Shown in pieces: positions 9,197 through 21,361 of a stretch of 64,000 nucleotides of DNA. The stretch spans positions 22,473 to 86,472 of the forward strand of contig DATGXR010000208.1 in NCBI GenBank assembly GCA_035298825.1. Reading direction: 5' to 3'. A model generated the notes under the pieces. The model was not told where the DNA came from and searched no databases. It worked only from the letters and a program-made list of their open reading frames with translations. The stretch's first letter is position 1. Each line of letters starts with the position of its first letter. The position numbers were made by a program, and so were the translations under genes. Source of the DNA: Bacteroidota bacterium. GTDB lineage: Bacteria; Bacteroidota; Ignavibacteria; UBA10030; UBA8401.

Positions 9197-10663
9197 TCAA
9201 TTCGATCTGGAGATCCGGGCTGAAAGCGAGCCGACGGCGATCGTCGTCATCGAACCGATCACAGTGTGCCAGGTAAAATCGATCTTCGTCCAAAACACAA
9301 CATACACCATCACGAGAATGCCGCAGAGAAATCCGATCACGGCATCGCGCTGATCGGTTCGATGAAACAGGATTCCGAGAAAGAAGGTCCCGAGCAGTCC
9401 GCCGTATGTGAACGAGGCGATCTTCAGACCGATCTCGACAACCGGATTTGTCGTGTCGGTGAAGAGCATCGCTCCGCCGATGAGCACCACGCCCCAGAAG
9501 AGCGTGAACACCTTCGACCAGGTCATTTCTGTTTTGGCGTCGAGAGCTTTGCCTTTGGCGGTCATCCTGAACAGATCGAGGAATGTCGAAGACGCGAGCG
9601 AGTTGATCGATGACGACAGCGTTCCCATGGCCGATGCCAGCACGCCCGCCACAAGCAGTCCGGCCAGTCCCGTGGGCAGATTCTCGACGATGAATTTCGG
9701 AAAGATTTCATCGCTCGAATGAAGTCCCAATTGCTGAAAGGGGACGCCATGATAGAAGGCGAACAGGCAGAGGCCGAGGATGAGGAAAAACGCGAATTGC
9801 AGCACGATCATCGTCGCATCGAGCATCAATGCCCGCTGGCTGTCCCATTGTTTTCTGCATCCGAGCAGACGCTGTACGAGCAACTGATCGGTGCCGTGCG
9901 AGGCCATTGTGAGAAACGTGCCGCCCACGAATCCGCCGATGAGCGTATAGGGCGTGGTGAAGAATGAAAGGAGGTCTGAGGGCGCGCTCAGGTTGAAGAT
10001 CTCGAATTTGTTCGATCCGCCGGCGGTCGCATAGGCGAAGACGTCGGCCCAGCCGTTGGGAAGGTGCTGGATGATCAGGACCATCGAAGCCGCGGCGCCC
10101 GTCAGATAAATGCACATCTGCACCACATCCATCGCCACGACGGCCTTCAATCCGCCGACGTACGTATAGGCGAGCGTAAACGCGCCGATGAGAAGAATGC
10201 TGTGCGCGTACGAGAGTCCGGTGACCAGATGCACGGGGATGGCGGTGGCGAAGAGCCTCACGCCCGAGGCGAGCACGCGTGTGACGATGAAGACGCTCGA
10301 TGTAAATGTGCGCAGCGGAATTCCATAGCGCTTGCCGAGGAAATCGTATGCTGTTTCGAGATTGCCCTTGTAATAGGCCGGGATGAAGATGACGCTCACA
10401 AGCAGTCTGCCGATGAAATACCCGAAAACAAGCTGGAGAAAATGCATGTCGCTTCGATAGGCGAGGCCGGGGATGCTGATGAATGTGAGCGTGCTTGTTT
10501 CGCTTGCGACGATCGAGAATCCGACCGACCACCAGGACATCGATTTTCCGCCGAGAAAATAGTCACGCGTCGTTTGTTGCCGGCCTGCGATGATGGCGCC
10601 GATGACGGTGACGCCGAGGAGATAGATGATGACGATAACGTAATCGAGGAAGGCAAAACCCAT
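9197..10663 (-). CDS. sodium:solute symporter family (SSF/SLC5-like) transporter
   Basis: About 490 aa with 13-14 TM helices and SSF-like patterns (...GGKSMSWWSVGFSIVASETSTLTFISIPGLAY...). Start chosen at MGFAFLDYVIVIIY, which has an AAGGA Shine-Dalgarno 7 nt upstream. Confidence 0.8.
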   Translation of the reverse strand: MGFAFLDYVIVIIYLLGVTVIGAIIAGRQQTTRDYFLGGKSMSWWSVGFSIVASETSTLTFISIPGLAYRSDMHFLQLVFGYFIGRLLVSVIFIPAYYKGNLETAYDFLGKRYGIPLRTFTSSVFIVTRVLASGVRLFATAIPVHLVTGLSYAHSILLIGAFTLAYTYVGGLKAVVAMDVVQMCIYLTGAAASMVLIIQHLPNGWADVFAYATAGGSNKFEIFNLSAPSDLLSFFTTPYTLIGGFVGGTFLTMASHGTDQLLVQRLLGCRKQWDSQRALMLDATMIVLQFAFFLILGLCLFAFYHGVPFQQLGLHSSDEIFPKFIVENLPTGLAGLLVAGVLASAMGTLSSSINSLASSTFLDLFRMTAKGKALDAKTEMTWSKVFTLFWGVVLIGGAMLFTDTTNPVVEIGLKIASFTYGGLLGTFFLGILFHRTDQRDAVIGFLCGILVMVYVVFWTKIDFTWHTVIGSMTTIAVGSLSARISRSN

Positions 10664-10754
10664 GGACGATCCTTCTTCAGATGTCGGTGGCCGCATGTGA
10701 AACGGCGCTTGCGAGAGTGCGCCGTCTCACACGGGAAAAGTGCATGTGCAGAAG

Positions 10755-11087
10755 TCAGGCTTTTTCGGCTTTTGCAACAGAGTCGAAGACGGGGAAGACC
10801 TTGTCGAGCTGTGAGATCTTAAGCAGCGACAGAACTTTTTTATGCACGCCCACAAGCTTGACTTTGCCTCCTTGCTGGCGCATGAGGCGTTCGGCGATCA
10901 GCAGAGCACTGAGACCCGAGCTGTCGCAAAATTCGACGTCGCCCAAATCTACGATCAGTGTTTTGACTGTGGGACGGCACAAGAGGATGAACTCGCCTTT
11001 CAATTCCGGAGAGACGGACACATCCAGCTTCCGTTCCTTGACGACGAGCACGACACTGTTCGCATTCTTGGTCACCTCAAACTTCAT
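10755..11087 (-). CDS. STAS-domain anti-sigma-factor antagonist (SpoIIAA/RsbV-like)
   Basis: 110-aa product MKFEVTKNANSVVLVVKERKLDVSVSPELKGEFILL...LIVDLGDVEFCDSSGLSALLIAERLMRQQGGKVKLVGV is a classic STAS fold, with the DSSGL motif holding the phosphorylatable Ser. The ORF track extends upstream from a TTG; start chosen at the internal ATG. Confidence 0.75.
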   Translation of the reverse strand: MKFEVTKNANSVVLVVKERKLDVSVSPELKGEFILLCRPTVKTLIVDLGDVEFCDSSGLSALLIAERLMRQQGGKVKLVGVHKKVLSLLKISQLDKVFPVFDSVAKAEKA

Positions 11088-11106
11088 ACTTCCTCCGAAT
11101 GTGTAT

Positions 11107-11649
11107 TTAAAACATTGCAAGCGTGTTGACCAGCTGCTCGTATTGAAGTTTCGGCATACGCGCCGATGCTGTCTGCAGCTGTAGATTGTAGACCGTTTCG
11201 CTCTGCGGTGAACCGAATCCCGCTTTGAGCGGCACATCGAGCTGAGCGCAGACTGATGCGGCCAGCGGAGTGATGCCAAGATTGAGGTCGACGATCACGT
11301 CGTATGTCCGTTCGCGCAGCCGGGTGATGAGCGAGGCCTTCGGCAAAAAGAAATATCCGATCTGATCCTCGTGCACGGGCACCATCATGCATTGGTGAAG
11401 CTTGCCGGCGATCGAGTGCGAGGTCTCCGTCGACGAAAGGATCGTCATTGAATTCCCCTTAAACTGCATTTGAGCGTGCTGCACGACGGAGAGTGCGATT
11501 GAACGATGCGCTTCGTCGAACGGCATAATGAACAAGGCCGAGCGCGCCTTCGTATAGATGCCCCGAAAATTTATTTGTTTCGCGCGCAACCGGCGTCCCT
11601 GCACGCGCGCGATCATCATGCCGATATTTTTTCTCAAGTCTTCAAACAT
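11107..11649 (-). CDS. hypothetical protein (weak resemblance to the C-terminal half of GT9 heptosyltransferase-like proteins)
   Basis: 180 aa from the internal ATG (ORF track 11107..11703). The segment DVIVDLNLGITPLAASVCAQLDVPLKAGFG loosely resembles the GT9 ...G.MHLAAALGVP...FG... region. No confident family assignment. Confidence 0.4.
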   Translation of the reverse strand: MFEDLRKNIGMMIARVQGRRLRAKQINFRGIYTKARSALFIMPFDEAHRSIALSVVQHAQMQFKGNSMTILSSTETSHSIAGKLHQCMMVPVHEDQIGYFFLPKASLITRLRERTYDVIVDLNLGITPLAASVCAQLDVPLKAGFGSPQSETVYNLQLQTASARMPKLQYEQLVNTLAMF

Positions 11650-11772
11650 AACTGGAATTAAATTGCAAAAGGTTTGAATGAAAAGCAAGAACGGCCGGCT
11701 CAAAAAAATTACGGATCACGTATGTGTGCGACAGTTCGCGAGAGCAACCGCCCATGCGCTTCTGTGCGATGC

Positions 11773-14735
<2,963 letters not shown>

Positions 14736-14747
14736 AACGGTGATCCC

Positions 14748-16937
14748 TTATCCTAATTGCATGGTCAGAACCGCCTGCAGCTTCGATGCGAGCTCGTGCT
14801 CGACATACGGCTTGCGCAGAAATCCGTCGACATTCTTGACGAACGATTCATTCGTCGTTATCGCGTCGTTGTATCCGCTCGAGATGAGAATCCTGCCCGG
14901 AAATTTTTTTCGCTTGATCTTCTGGAACAATTTTTCTCCATTCATCTGCGGCATCGTCATATCGAGGATCATCAGATCGAAGCTGCGCTCGCCGAGCAGC
15001 TCGAGGGCCTCCTTGCCGCTCTGCACCGAATGCGGCGCATACCCGAGGTCCTTCAACATCGTCGAGAGCGTATAGCAGATCATCGCCTCATCGTCGACGA
15101 TGAGCACCGTCTCGCCGTTGCCTTTCGAAATTTTCACCGCGCTGTCGGACGGTTGTGCCGCCTGCTCCCAGAGCAGCGGAAACGTCAGCGCAAATGTCGA
15201 TCCCTTTCCCGGAGTCGATGTCACAGAGACGGATCCGTTATGCGATTTCATGACGCCGTACACGACGGAAAGCCCGAGCCCCGTTCCTTTGCCGCTTTCC
15301 TTCGTGGTATAGAACGGCTCGAAGATGTGCTGCTTCACGCTGACGTCCATGCCCGTGCCCGTGTCCGTTACAGAGAGCGTGACAGTCCGATCGTGCGGAT
15401 TCACGGCGGTTGAAATGGCGATGCTGCCGCCGTCGGGCATCGCATCACGTGCGTTGAGCAGGATGTTCAGGATGGATTGCTGAATCTGTCCCTCGTCTCC
15501 GTTGATGAACACCGGCATCGGTTCATCCTGCCGCGCGATCGTTACCGAGTCGGGGACGCCCGTCTCGAACAGCGCGAGTGTTTCGTCAAGAATGAGATGA
15601 AGGTCGACCGTGTGGAGTTCGGCCGGAGTGCGCCGCGCAAACGTCAGCAGCTGCGTGGTGAGCTTTGCTCCGCGCTGTGCCGCCAGTGTGATGATCTCGA
15701 TGAACGGAAAGAGCTTGTGCTGCGTCGTGACGCGCCGCTTCATGATGGCGGCGGCGTTGCCGATGGACGTCAGCAGGTTGTTGAAATCGTGCGCCACGCC
15801 GCCCGCAAGGTTGCCGATGCTGTCGATCTTCTGCGCCTGAATGATCTTCTCCTCGAACTTCTTCTTCTCGGTGATGTCGCGCACCACGCATCGGAGCGAG
15901 ACCGGCACTCCGATCTCGTTATAGACGAATGATGAATTCACGCTCACATCGATGCGTGTGCCGTCGCGCCGGATCATCTGATGTTCCTCGTCGCGCGCCT
16001 CGCGCTCGAGCTCGAACGTGCATCGGATGAATTCCTGTACCTTCGCATGCTGGTCCGACGGATAAATGCGCGTGAGATGCGTATTGACGATCTCCTGCTT
16101 GTCGTACCCGAGTGTGGCGGCCTCGGTCTGATTGCAGCCGATGATCGTTCCGCTGCGGTCGATCAGATGGTACATATCGGGGGAGTGTTCGAACAGATCG
16201 GCGTACTGCTCCTGAGATTTTTTGAGTTGAGAAAACATATGCGCGTTGTTGAGCGCGACGTTGATCTGATTGCCGAAGGCGGAGATAAGATTGATCTTGT
16301 TCTGCGAAAAAAAATCGGATGAGCTGCTTGCGAGGATGATGGCGCCGGCGCACCGGTCCGCCGTGCGCAGCGGCACAACGACCCAGGACGCGATGCGATG
16401 GGCGCCGACCTGCGGATGAAGCGGCGGCATCTCGTCCCGGCGGGTCTCCTTGCTCGTGTGGATCGACTGCAGCCACTGCAGCGACGCCTGCGAGTGCAGC
16501 GAGCCGGCGTCGAAAAACGTCGTGAGCACGCCGCTCGAGCGTTTCAGCACGAGCGTTTCGTTCTCGATGATGTAGAGCCATCCGTATTCGTTTTTAAGAA
16601 GACCGGTGACGGTGGTGAGCACGGTCTCGAAGATCGTTCCGAGTTCCATCATCCGGTTGACGGTCTGGGCCACTGTGTTCAACGCAACAAGCTCGCAGTT
16701 CTGCTCTTCAAACTGACGGCCGTACTTGAGTGAAAAATATACACCGGTGAATCCGATCACACCGACAGTCACGATGCTGATGAACTCGAAGAATCCGATT
16801 GTTTTATTCAGCACGATGTTGGCGCTGATGATCGTCACCATCATGACCACGACGCCGGTCGACGCGACGATTTGAGCCTGTTCGACGAGGCCGAGGTGGA
16901 ATGAAAACGCACGCAGACGGTGAAAAATTTTTTTCAT
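14748..16937 (-). CDS. hybrid sensor histidine kinase (TM region, GAF, PAS, HisKA, HATPase_c, C-terminal receiver)
   Basis: H-box ...GGVAHDFNNLLTSI..., N- and G-boxes ...DTGTGMD...GTGLGLSVVYGVM..., and a C-terminal REC ...VLIVDDEAMI...LMILDMTMPQMNGEKL.... Start placed at MKKIFHRL (16937), which leaves a 64-nt gap to the upstream response-regulator gene; the ORF-track start at 17039 would overlap that gene by 38 nt. Confidence 0.8.
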   Translation of the reverse strand: MKKIFHRLRAFSFHLGLVEQAQIVASTGVVVMMVTIISANIVLNKTIGFFEFISIVTVGVIGFTGVYFSLKYGRQFEEQNCELVALNTVAQTVNRMMELGTIFETVLTTVTGLLKNEYGWLYIIENETLVLKRSSGVLTTFFDAGSLHSQASLQWLQSIHTSKETRRDEMPPLHPQVGAHRIASWVVVPLRTADRCAGAIILASSSSDFFSQNKINLISAFGNQINVALNNAHMFSQLKKSQEQYADLFEHSPDMYHLIDRSGTIIGCNQTEAATLGYDKQEIVNTHLTRIYPSDQHAKVQEFIRCTFELEREARDEEHQMIRRDGTRIDVSVNSSFVYNEIGVPVSLRCVVRDITEKKKFEEKIIQAQKIDSIGNLAGGVAHDFNNLLTSIGNAAAIMKRRVTTQHKLFPFIEIITLAAQRGAKLTTQLLTFARRTPAELHTVDLHLILDETLALFETGVPDSVTIARQDEPMPVFINGDEGQIQQSILNILLNARDAMPDGGSIAISTAVNPHDRTVTLSVTDTGTGMDVSVKQHIFEPFYTTKESGKGTGLGLSVVYGVMKSHNGSVSVTSTPGKGSTFALTFPLLWEQAAQPSDSAVKISKGNGETVLIVDDEAMICYTLSTMLKDLGYAPHSVQSGKEALELLGERSFDLMILDMTMPQMNGEKLFQKIKRKKFPGRILISSGYNDAITTNESFVKNVDGFLRKPYVEHELASKLQAVLTMQLG

Positions 16938-17001
16938 AAAGACAGTAGAAAAAAAGAGAGAGGATGTGAAACGGTCACGAAGATGGCGCCCGGCCCGCCG
17001 C

Positions 17002-18288
17002 TTACAAACGATGGGGGGCAAGCCGCAACTGCACTTCATGAGACCGCTTGATCTTGCCTTCGATCGTCGCCAGGAACAATTCGAGATCGACCGGCTTCAG
17101 GAAGTACCCGTCCGCTCCCATTTGCATGCCCGTTCGCTGCACGGCTTCCTGCGCCATGCCGCTTAAAAAGAGGAAGGGACAATGGAAAAATTTTTCCATT
17201 GCACGGAACTTTTCATAGAACGCAAATCCGCTGATGTTCGGTTTCGAGAAATTGACGTCGCACACGACGATATCCGGAGTGAGCGACTCGAGCGTCTTCA
17301 ACGCATCTTCGCATGTGGGAACCGCAACACAGTACAGACCCGCATCGGTCAGCTGCCTGCCCGCCAATTCGAGGAATTCGGTGTCGTCGTCTACAAGCAG
17401 CACTGTGCCCACCGAGCGGAGCGACTGGAGCAGACGAAACACGCGTCCTTCGATCTGCAGATGTTCCTGGTCCGAGATCCTGAACTGCCGTCGAAGATCA
17501 TCGAAGTTCGTGATGCCTTTCTTCCAGGCATGTTCGATCGCATTCACATAGGCGTCGAAACGGACCTCGCGCTCGATTGAAAGATGCTCCTCGTTCGTAA
17601 TTGCAAACGAGTCGCGCATTGCGCGCACACGTTCGCGATCCTCATCCGTGATCACGCCATTCTCCCAGACCTCGCTGAGCAGCGTCTTGTAGGCCTGGAG
17701 GAGTGCCGGTGTATGCTTCATAAAATCGAACGGCGGTTGAAGCGGAACCTCGAGTGTGACCGGCGTCTGGGCCGCCGCAGTATCAACGGGAGACGGAGGG
17801 GGAGCCTCGTGTGTCAACGTTTCCGACACCGAATCATACGGCGCACTCTCGTCTTGTTCCGCGTTTGTCGCCGGGACCGCATCCGTCACAGGCGCCGCAT
17901 CAGTCGCGGGCTCCGGTTCGCGCATCTGCGGAAGTTCCTGCGACTGAGGTTCAGTTGATTCCGTTTCGGCCGGCTGAGGCTCCTGGGGCGCGGCGGATTC
18001 CGATTCGACAGCTTGAGCCTTCGCGGACTCCAGTTCCATTACGGCCTTCGCGTTTTCCGCCGCAAGTTTTTCGGCATGCGCCTTGGCGGCGATCTGCGAT
18101 TCTTTCAGCGAAAGAATGCGCTCCTGATACGCGCGCGCGTACACATTACGGGGATCGAATTCGAAAACCCGGCTGATGGCGGCGAGAGCAAGATCGAGGT
18201 TGCCATCTTTGATCGACTTATCCGCCGATCGGAGAAGTTCGCTCACCGCTCTTTGATTCTCTGGTGTCATATGTCTGTGGTCTGCCAT
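17002..18288 (-). CDS. atypical response regulator: N-terminal TPR-like segment, long Glu/Pro-rich acidic linker, two tandem ~30-aa repeats, C-terminal receiver (REC) domain
   Basis: The REC domain is at the C-terminus (...VLLVDDDTEFLELAGRQLTDAGLYCVAVPTCEDALKTLESLTPDIVVCDVNFSKPNISGF...LKP...), not the N-terminus. Internal repeats: ITDEDRERVRAMRDSFAITNEEHLSIEREV and ITNFDDLRRQFRISDQEHLQIEGRV. Confidence 0.7.
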   Translation of the reverse strand: MADHRHMTPENQRAVSELLRSADKSIKDGNLDLALAAISRVFEFDPRNVYARAYQERILSLKESQIAAKAHAEKLAAENAKAVMELESAKAQAVESESAAPQEPQPAETESTEPQSQELPQMREPEPATDAAPVTDAVPATNAEQDESAPYDSVSETLTHEAPPPSPVDTAAAQTPVTLEVPLQPPFDFMKHTPALLQAYKTLLSEVWENGVITDEDRERVRAMRDSFAITNEEHLSIEREVRFDAYVNAIEHAWKKGITNFDDLRRQFRISDQEHLQIEGRVFRLLQSLRSVGTVLLVDDDTEFLELAGRQLTDAGLYCVAVPTCEDALKTLESLTPDIVVCDVNFSKPNISGFAFYEKFRAMEKFFHCPFLFLSGMAQEAVQRTGMQMGADGYFLKPVDLELFLATIEGKIKRSHEVQLRLAPHRL

Positions 18289-18294
18289 TTCGTG

Positions 18295-19143
18295 TTACCG
18301 CATCCCCAATTCGCGAAGCACGCGTTCGCGCGGTGCTTGAACAGGAAATTTTTCTCCCGTCCAGAGTGTGAAGGCGCGCGCTCCCTGGTGTATGAACATG
18401 TCCATTCCGTTGATCACTGCGGCCCCGTCCGCCGCCGCCTTCCGCAACAGGGCGGTCTGAAGGGGAGTGTACACAATATCGAAAATAATTTGATGATTTG
18501 AAAATCTTGTCTCGTTGGGAAGAGGCATCGCGTCGGTGTCGGGCGTCATACCCACAGTCGTCGTGTTGACGATGAGGCGCGCCTGGGATGCGGCCTGGAC
18601 GAGGTTGGCGGCTTCGACAACGTCGAAGCGCACATCGGGAAACAGCGCCGCAAATATGGCCGCTGTCTGCCGCGCCCGCTCTGTATTCCTGTTGTGTATC
18701 ATGATCGTGCAGGGACGGAATTCCGCGGCCGCGTAGAGCGCTGCGCGCGAGGCCCCTCCGGCTCCGAGAACGAGCAACGGTTCGTTGCTCAGCATTGCGG
18801 CGTGAGGGACGAGCGATGCGCGCACTCCGTCGACATCCGTATTCTCTCCGCGCAGCACACCGTCTGTGTTCACGATCGTATTCACCGCGCCAAGCGCGGT
18901 CGCCTCGCCGCTCAGTTCATCGAGGAGCGGCATCACCGCTTCCTTGTGCGGCTTTGTGACATTCGCTCCGCGCACATGTTCACGGCGCATCGCCTCGAGC
19001 AGGCCCGGCAGCATCTCGCCGCTCACATCGAACACGCCATACGTATAGGGAAGTCCGAGTACGCGAATCGCTTCGTTGTGCAAGGCGGGAGACAGTGTAT
19101 AGCTGATATGATGACCGATGATGCCTAAGAGGCTCTGTTTCAT
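18295..19143 (-). CDS. aroE: shikimate dehydrogenase AroE
   Basis: ...LLGIIGHHISYTLSPALHNEAIRVLGLPYTY... and the NAD(P)-binding ...LVLGAGGASRAALYAAAE.... Start chosen at MKQSLLG; the ORF track extends to 19188. Confidence 0.85.
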   Translation of the reverse strand: MKQSLLGIIGHHISYTLSPALHNEAIRVLGLPYTYGVFDVSGEMLPGLLEAMRREHVRGANVTKPHKEAVMPLLDELSGEATALGAVNTIVNTDGVLRGENTDVDGVRASLVPHAAMLSNEPLLVLGAGGASRAALYAAAEFRPCTIMIHNRNTERARQTAAIFAALFPDVRFDVVEAANLVQAASQARLIVNTTTVGMTPDTDAMPLPNETRFSNHQIIFDIVYTPLQTALLRKAAADGAAVINGMDMFIHQGARAFTLWTGEKFPVQAPRERVLRELGMR

Positions 19144-19191
19144 AGGGTCCGCATTGTGTTCGATTGAGACGCTGCAGCGGGTCTGCATGAC

Positions 19192-19234
19192 AAAAAAAAC
19201 CTAATCCCGTGTGACACAAAGATTAGGTTTTTTT
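19192..19234 (-). terminator. bidirectional rho-independent terminator-like hairpin after the TPR gene
   Basis: AAAAAAAACCTAATC-ccgtgtgacacaaa-GATTAGGTTTTTTT has a 9-bp stem flanked by an A-run and a T-run. Confidence 0.6.
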
Positions 19235-19252
19235 ACATCCGTAGGAGATTCC

Positions 19253-20686
19253 TTACGAACGCAGCAATGAACCGACGAAGTCCTTGATCGATCGCACGCG
19301 GGCAAAATCATCGTCGAAGCGTTCGCGCATTGTACTGTCGAGTCCGAAGGCCGTCTTGAGCGAGTCGATGGCGTCCGTGATTTTTCTCGTCAGGAAGAAC
19401 AATTTGGCCTTGCTGTAATACGGTTCTGCGAATTTCGGATTGAGCTCGATGCTTTTTTCAAGAGCCGGAAGCGCTTCGTCGAGCTGGTTTAATTCCAGCA
19501 GTGTGTCGCCGTAGTCGAACCATGCCTCGGAGTTTGCCGGATCGAGCTGCACCACCATCTTGTAGCTCAGAATCGATTCCTTCTGCTTTCCCATGTTGTA
19601 TTCGCAGTCGGCCTTGGCATACCACAACTCGGGATATTCGCGGCACAATTCAAGGGCGCGATTGTAATCGCTCATCGCCTTGCCGAATTGCTCCATCGCG
19701 TCGAAGCAGCTGCCGCGTCCGAAGAATGATTCGTAATGTTCGCTGTCAAGTTGTATCGCGCGCGTGAAGCATTGCACCGCATCGGGATAATTTTCAGCCT
19801 CTTCGTAGGCGTTGCCGAGATTGTGCCATGCGGGCACATCGTTGGGCTCGTAGCGAAGCGTCTGCCTGTAGCATTCGATCGCTTCCTGAAGCTTGCCGGC
19901 CGACGCCATTGCATTGCCTTTGTTGTACCATGCGGAGGCGAAGTCCTCTTTGATCGCGATCGCCATATCATAGCTTTCGATCGATCGTTTCGAATCGCCG
20001 GAGCGGGCAAGGACGATGCCGCGGTTGTACCAGGCGTTGAAATTGTACGGATCGCGGTTGATGTGTTCGTCGTAGCATTTGAGCGATTCGTCGAGCCGGT
20101 CCATCAGATCGTAGCAGAATCCGAGCTCGAACCAGATGTCGCGATTGTCGCGGTGATCGTCAAGCAGGAAGTTCAGGATCTCGACCGCTTCGGCGTAGCG
20201 TTCCATCTTCTCGAGCGTGATCGCTTTATTAAACAACGCTTCGTCGTTGTTGGGCGAATATTCCAAAGCGCGATCGAAGTCGACGAGCGCCTCTTCGCCG
20301 CGGTTCGCATTGTCGAGCGTGATGCCGCGGTTGATGAACAGATCGCTGTCCGCCGGATTGAGCGAGAGCGCCTGATCGTAACAGAAAAGCGCTTCGTCGT
20401 ACCGGCACATGTTGTTGAGCAGCATGCCTTTGCACATCCAGGCATCGGAGCTGTACGGCGCGAATTCTACAAGCTGATCGGCGAATCCTAACGCTTCTTC
20501 AAACCGTTCCTGCTCAAAATAAAAATTGACAATCTCTTCGAGCGCCTCGATGCTGGAGATACCGTTGCCACCCTTCTTCAGCAGCTCCTTGAACCGCTCG
20601 ATATCTTCCTCTCGATGATTCTTCTTGGGAGAATGGCTGCTCTCCATATCATCTTCAAAAAAATTGTCGGAGTCGAAATAGGACAT
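19253..20686 (-). CDS. TPR-repeat protein (about 11 tetratricopeptide repeats)
   Basis: 477 aa with many repeats of the W..G..LA..G....A...Y..AL...P.. pattern (e.g. AWYNRGIVLARSGDSKRSIESYDMAIAIKEDFASAWYNKGNAMASAGKLQEAIECYRQTLRYEPND). Confidence 0.8.
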   Translation of the reverse strand: MSYFDSDNFFEDDMESSHSPKKNHREEDIERFKELLKKGGNGISSIEALEEIVNFYFEQERFEEALGFADQLVEFAPYSSDAWMCKGMLLNNMCRYDEALFCYDQALSLNPADSDLFINRGITLDNANRGEEALVDFDRALEYSPNNDEALFNKAITLEKMERYAEAVEILNFLLDDHRDNRDIWFELGFCYDLMDRLDESLKCYDEHINRDPYNFNAWYNRGIVLARSGDSKRSIESYDMAIAIKEDFASAWYNKGNAMASAGKLQEAIECYRQTLRYEPNDVPAWHNLGNAYEEAENYPDAVQCFTRAIQLDSEHYESFFGRGSCFDAMEQFGKAMSDYNRALELCREYPELWYAKADCEYNMGKQKESILSYKMVVQLDPANSEAWFDYGDTLLELNQLDEALPALEKSIELNPKFAEPYYSKAKLFFLTRKITDAIDSLKTAFGLDSTMRERFDDDFARVRSIKDFVGSLLRS

Positions 20687-20875
20687 AGGGGTGCTTCTTG
20701 ATGCGTTGTAAACTGAGAATGTGACTATGGATTAATTAACAAAAAAACAATAGTGAAGTCAATAGGGAGGGAGGGGATGGACGTAAATCGCTAAAAATAG
20801 CCGATTTACGGCGATTATTTGCATTTCAACTTCAGTCTCCGTACATTGGAAGAAACATTCAAACGGACAGCTTCT

Positions 20876-21328
20876 GTGGACGCACTAACGATACGAATTT
20901 CAGCGATACAGCCCCATGGAACGGGCCTCACACCTCCCGCATATGCAACCGCCGGATCGGCAGGGATGGACATTCTTGCCGCAGTCACAGATCCTGTGGT
21001 GATCGGACCCGGAGAAACGGCGCTGATTCCGTCGGGATTCTCGATCGAACTGCCAGCGGGCTTCGAGGCGCAGATCCGGCCGCGGTCCGGACTCGCGATC
21101 AAATCGAATATCGGAATTCTCAATGCCCCCGGTACGATCGATTCCGATTACCGGGGCGAGGTGAAGATCATACTGACAAATTTTGGACATGCCGGCTTCA
21201 CTGTGAATCGAGGCGACAGAATCGCACAGATGGTGATCGCACGGTACGCGCGCGTATCGTGGGAAGTCAGCGATTCGCTTGAAGAAACCAAACGCGGGGC
21301 GGGCGGATTTGGTCACACAGGCGTGTAA
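20876..21328 (+). CDS. dut: dUTP diphosphatase (dUTPase)
   Basis: ...[16 protein letters not shown]...[53 protein letters not shown]...[11 protein letters not shown] matches dUTPase motifs I-V. Start uncertain: GTG at 20876 (chosen by alignment to E. coli Dut) or TTG at 20819 (ORF track). Confidence 0.85.
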   Translation: MDALTIRISAIQPHGTGLTPPAYATAGSAGMDILAAVTDPVVIGPGETALIPSGFSIELPAGFEAQIRPRSGLAIKSNIGILNAPGTIDSDYRGEVKIILTNFGHAGFTVNRGDRIAQMVIARYARVSWEVSDSLEETKRGAGGFGHTGV

Positions 21329-21361
21329 CGCTCACACAGATTCTCGAATATCCGGACAGGA

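Noticed and set aside
11040-11170. Apparent 2-nt frame inconsistencies when I hand-translated the STAS gene and its neighbour
   Set aside because: The provided ORF translations are internally consistent at both gene ends, so the discrepancy is most likely my manual transcription of those lines rather than a real frameshift or pseudogene. No pseudogene call made.
17002-17039. 38-nt overlap between the hybrid HK gene and the upstream response-regulator gene, implied by the ORF-track start
   Set aside because: An internal ATG (MKKIFHRL..., 16937) gives a sensible signal-anchor N-terminus and removes the overlap. The Arg-rich 34-aa extension looks non-native. Kept as a note in the feature evidence.
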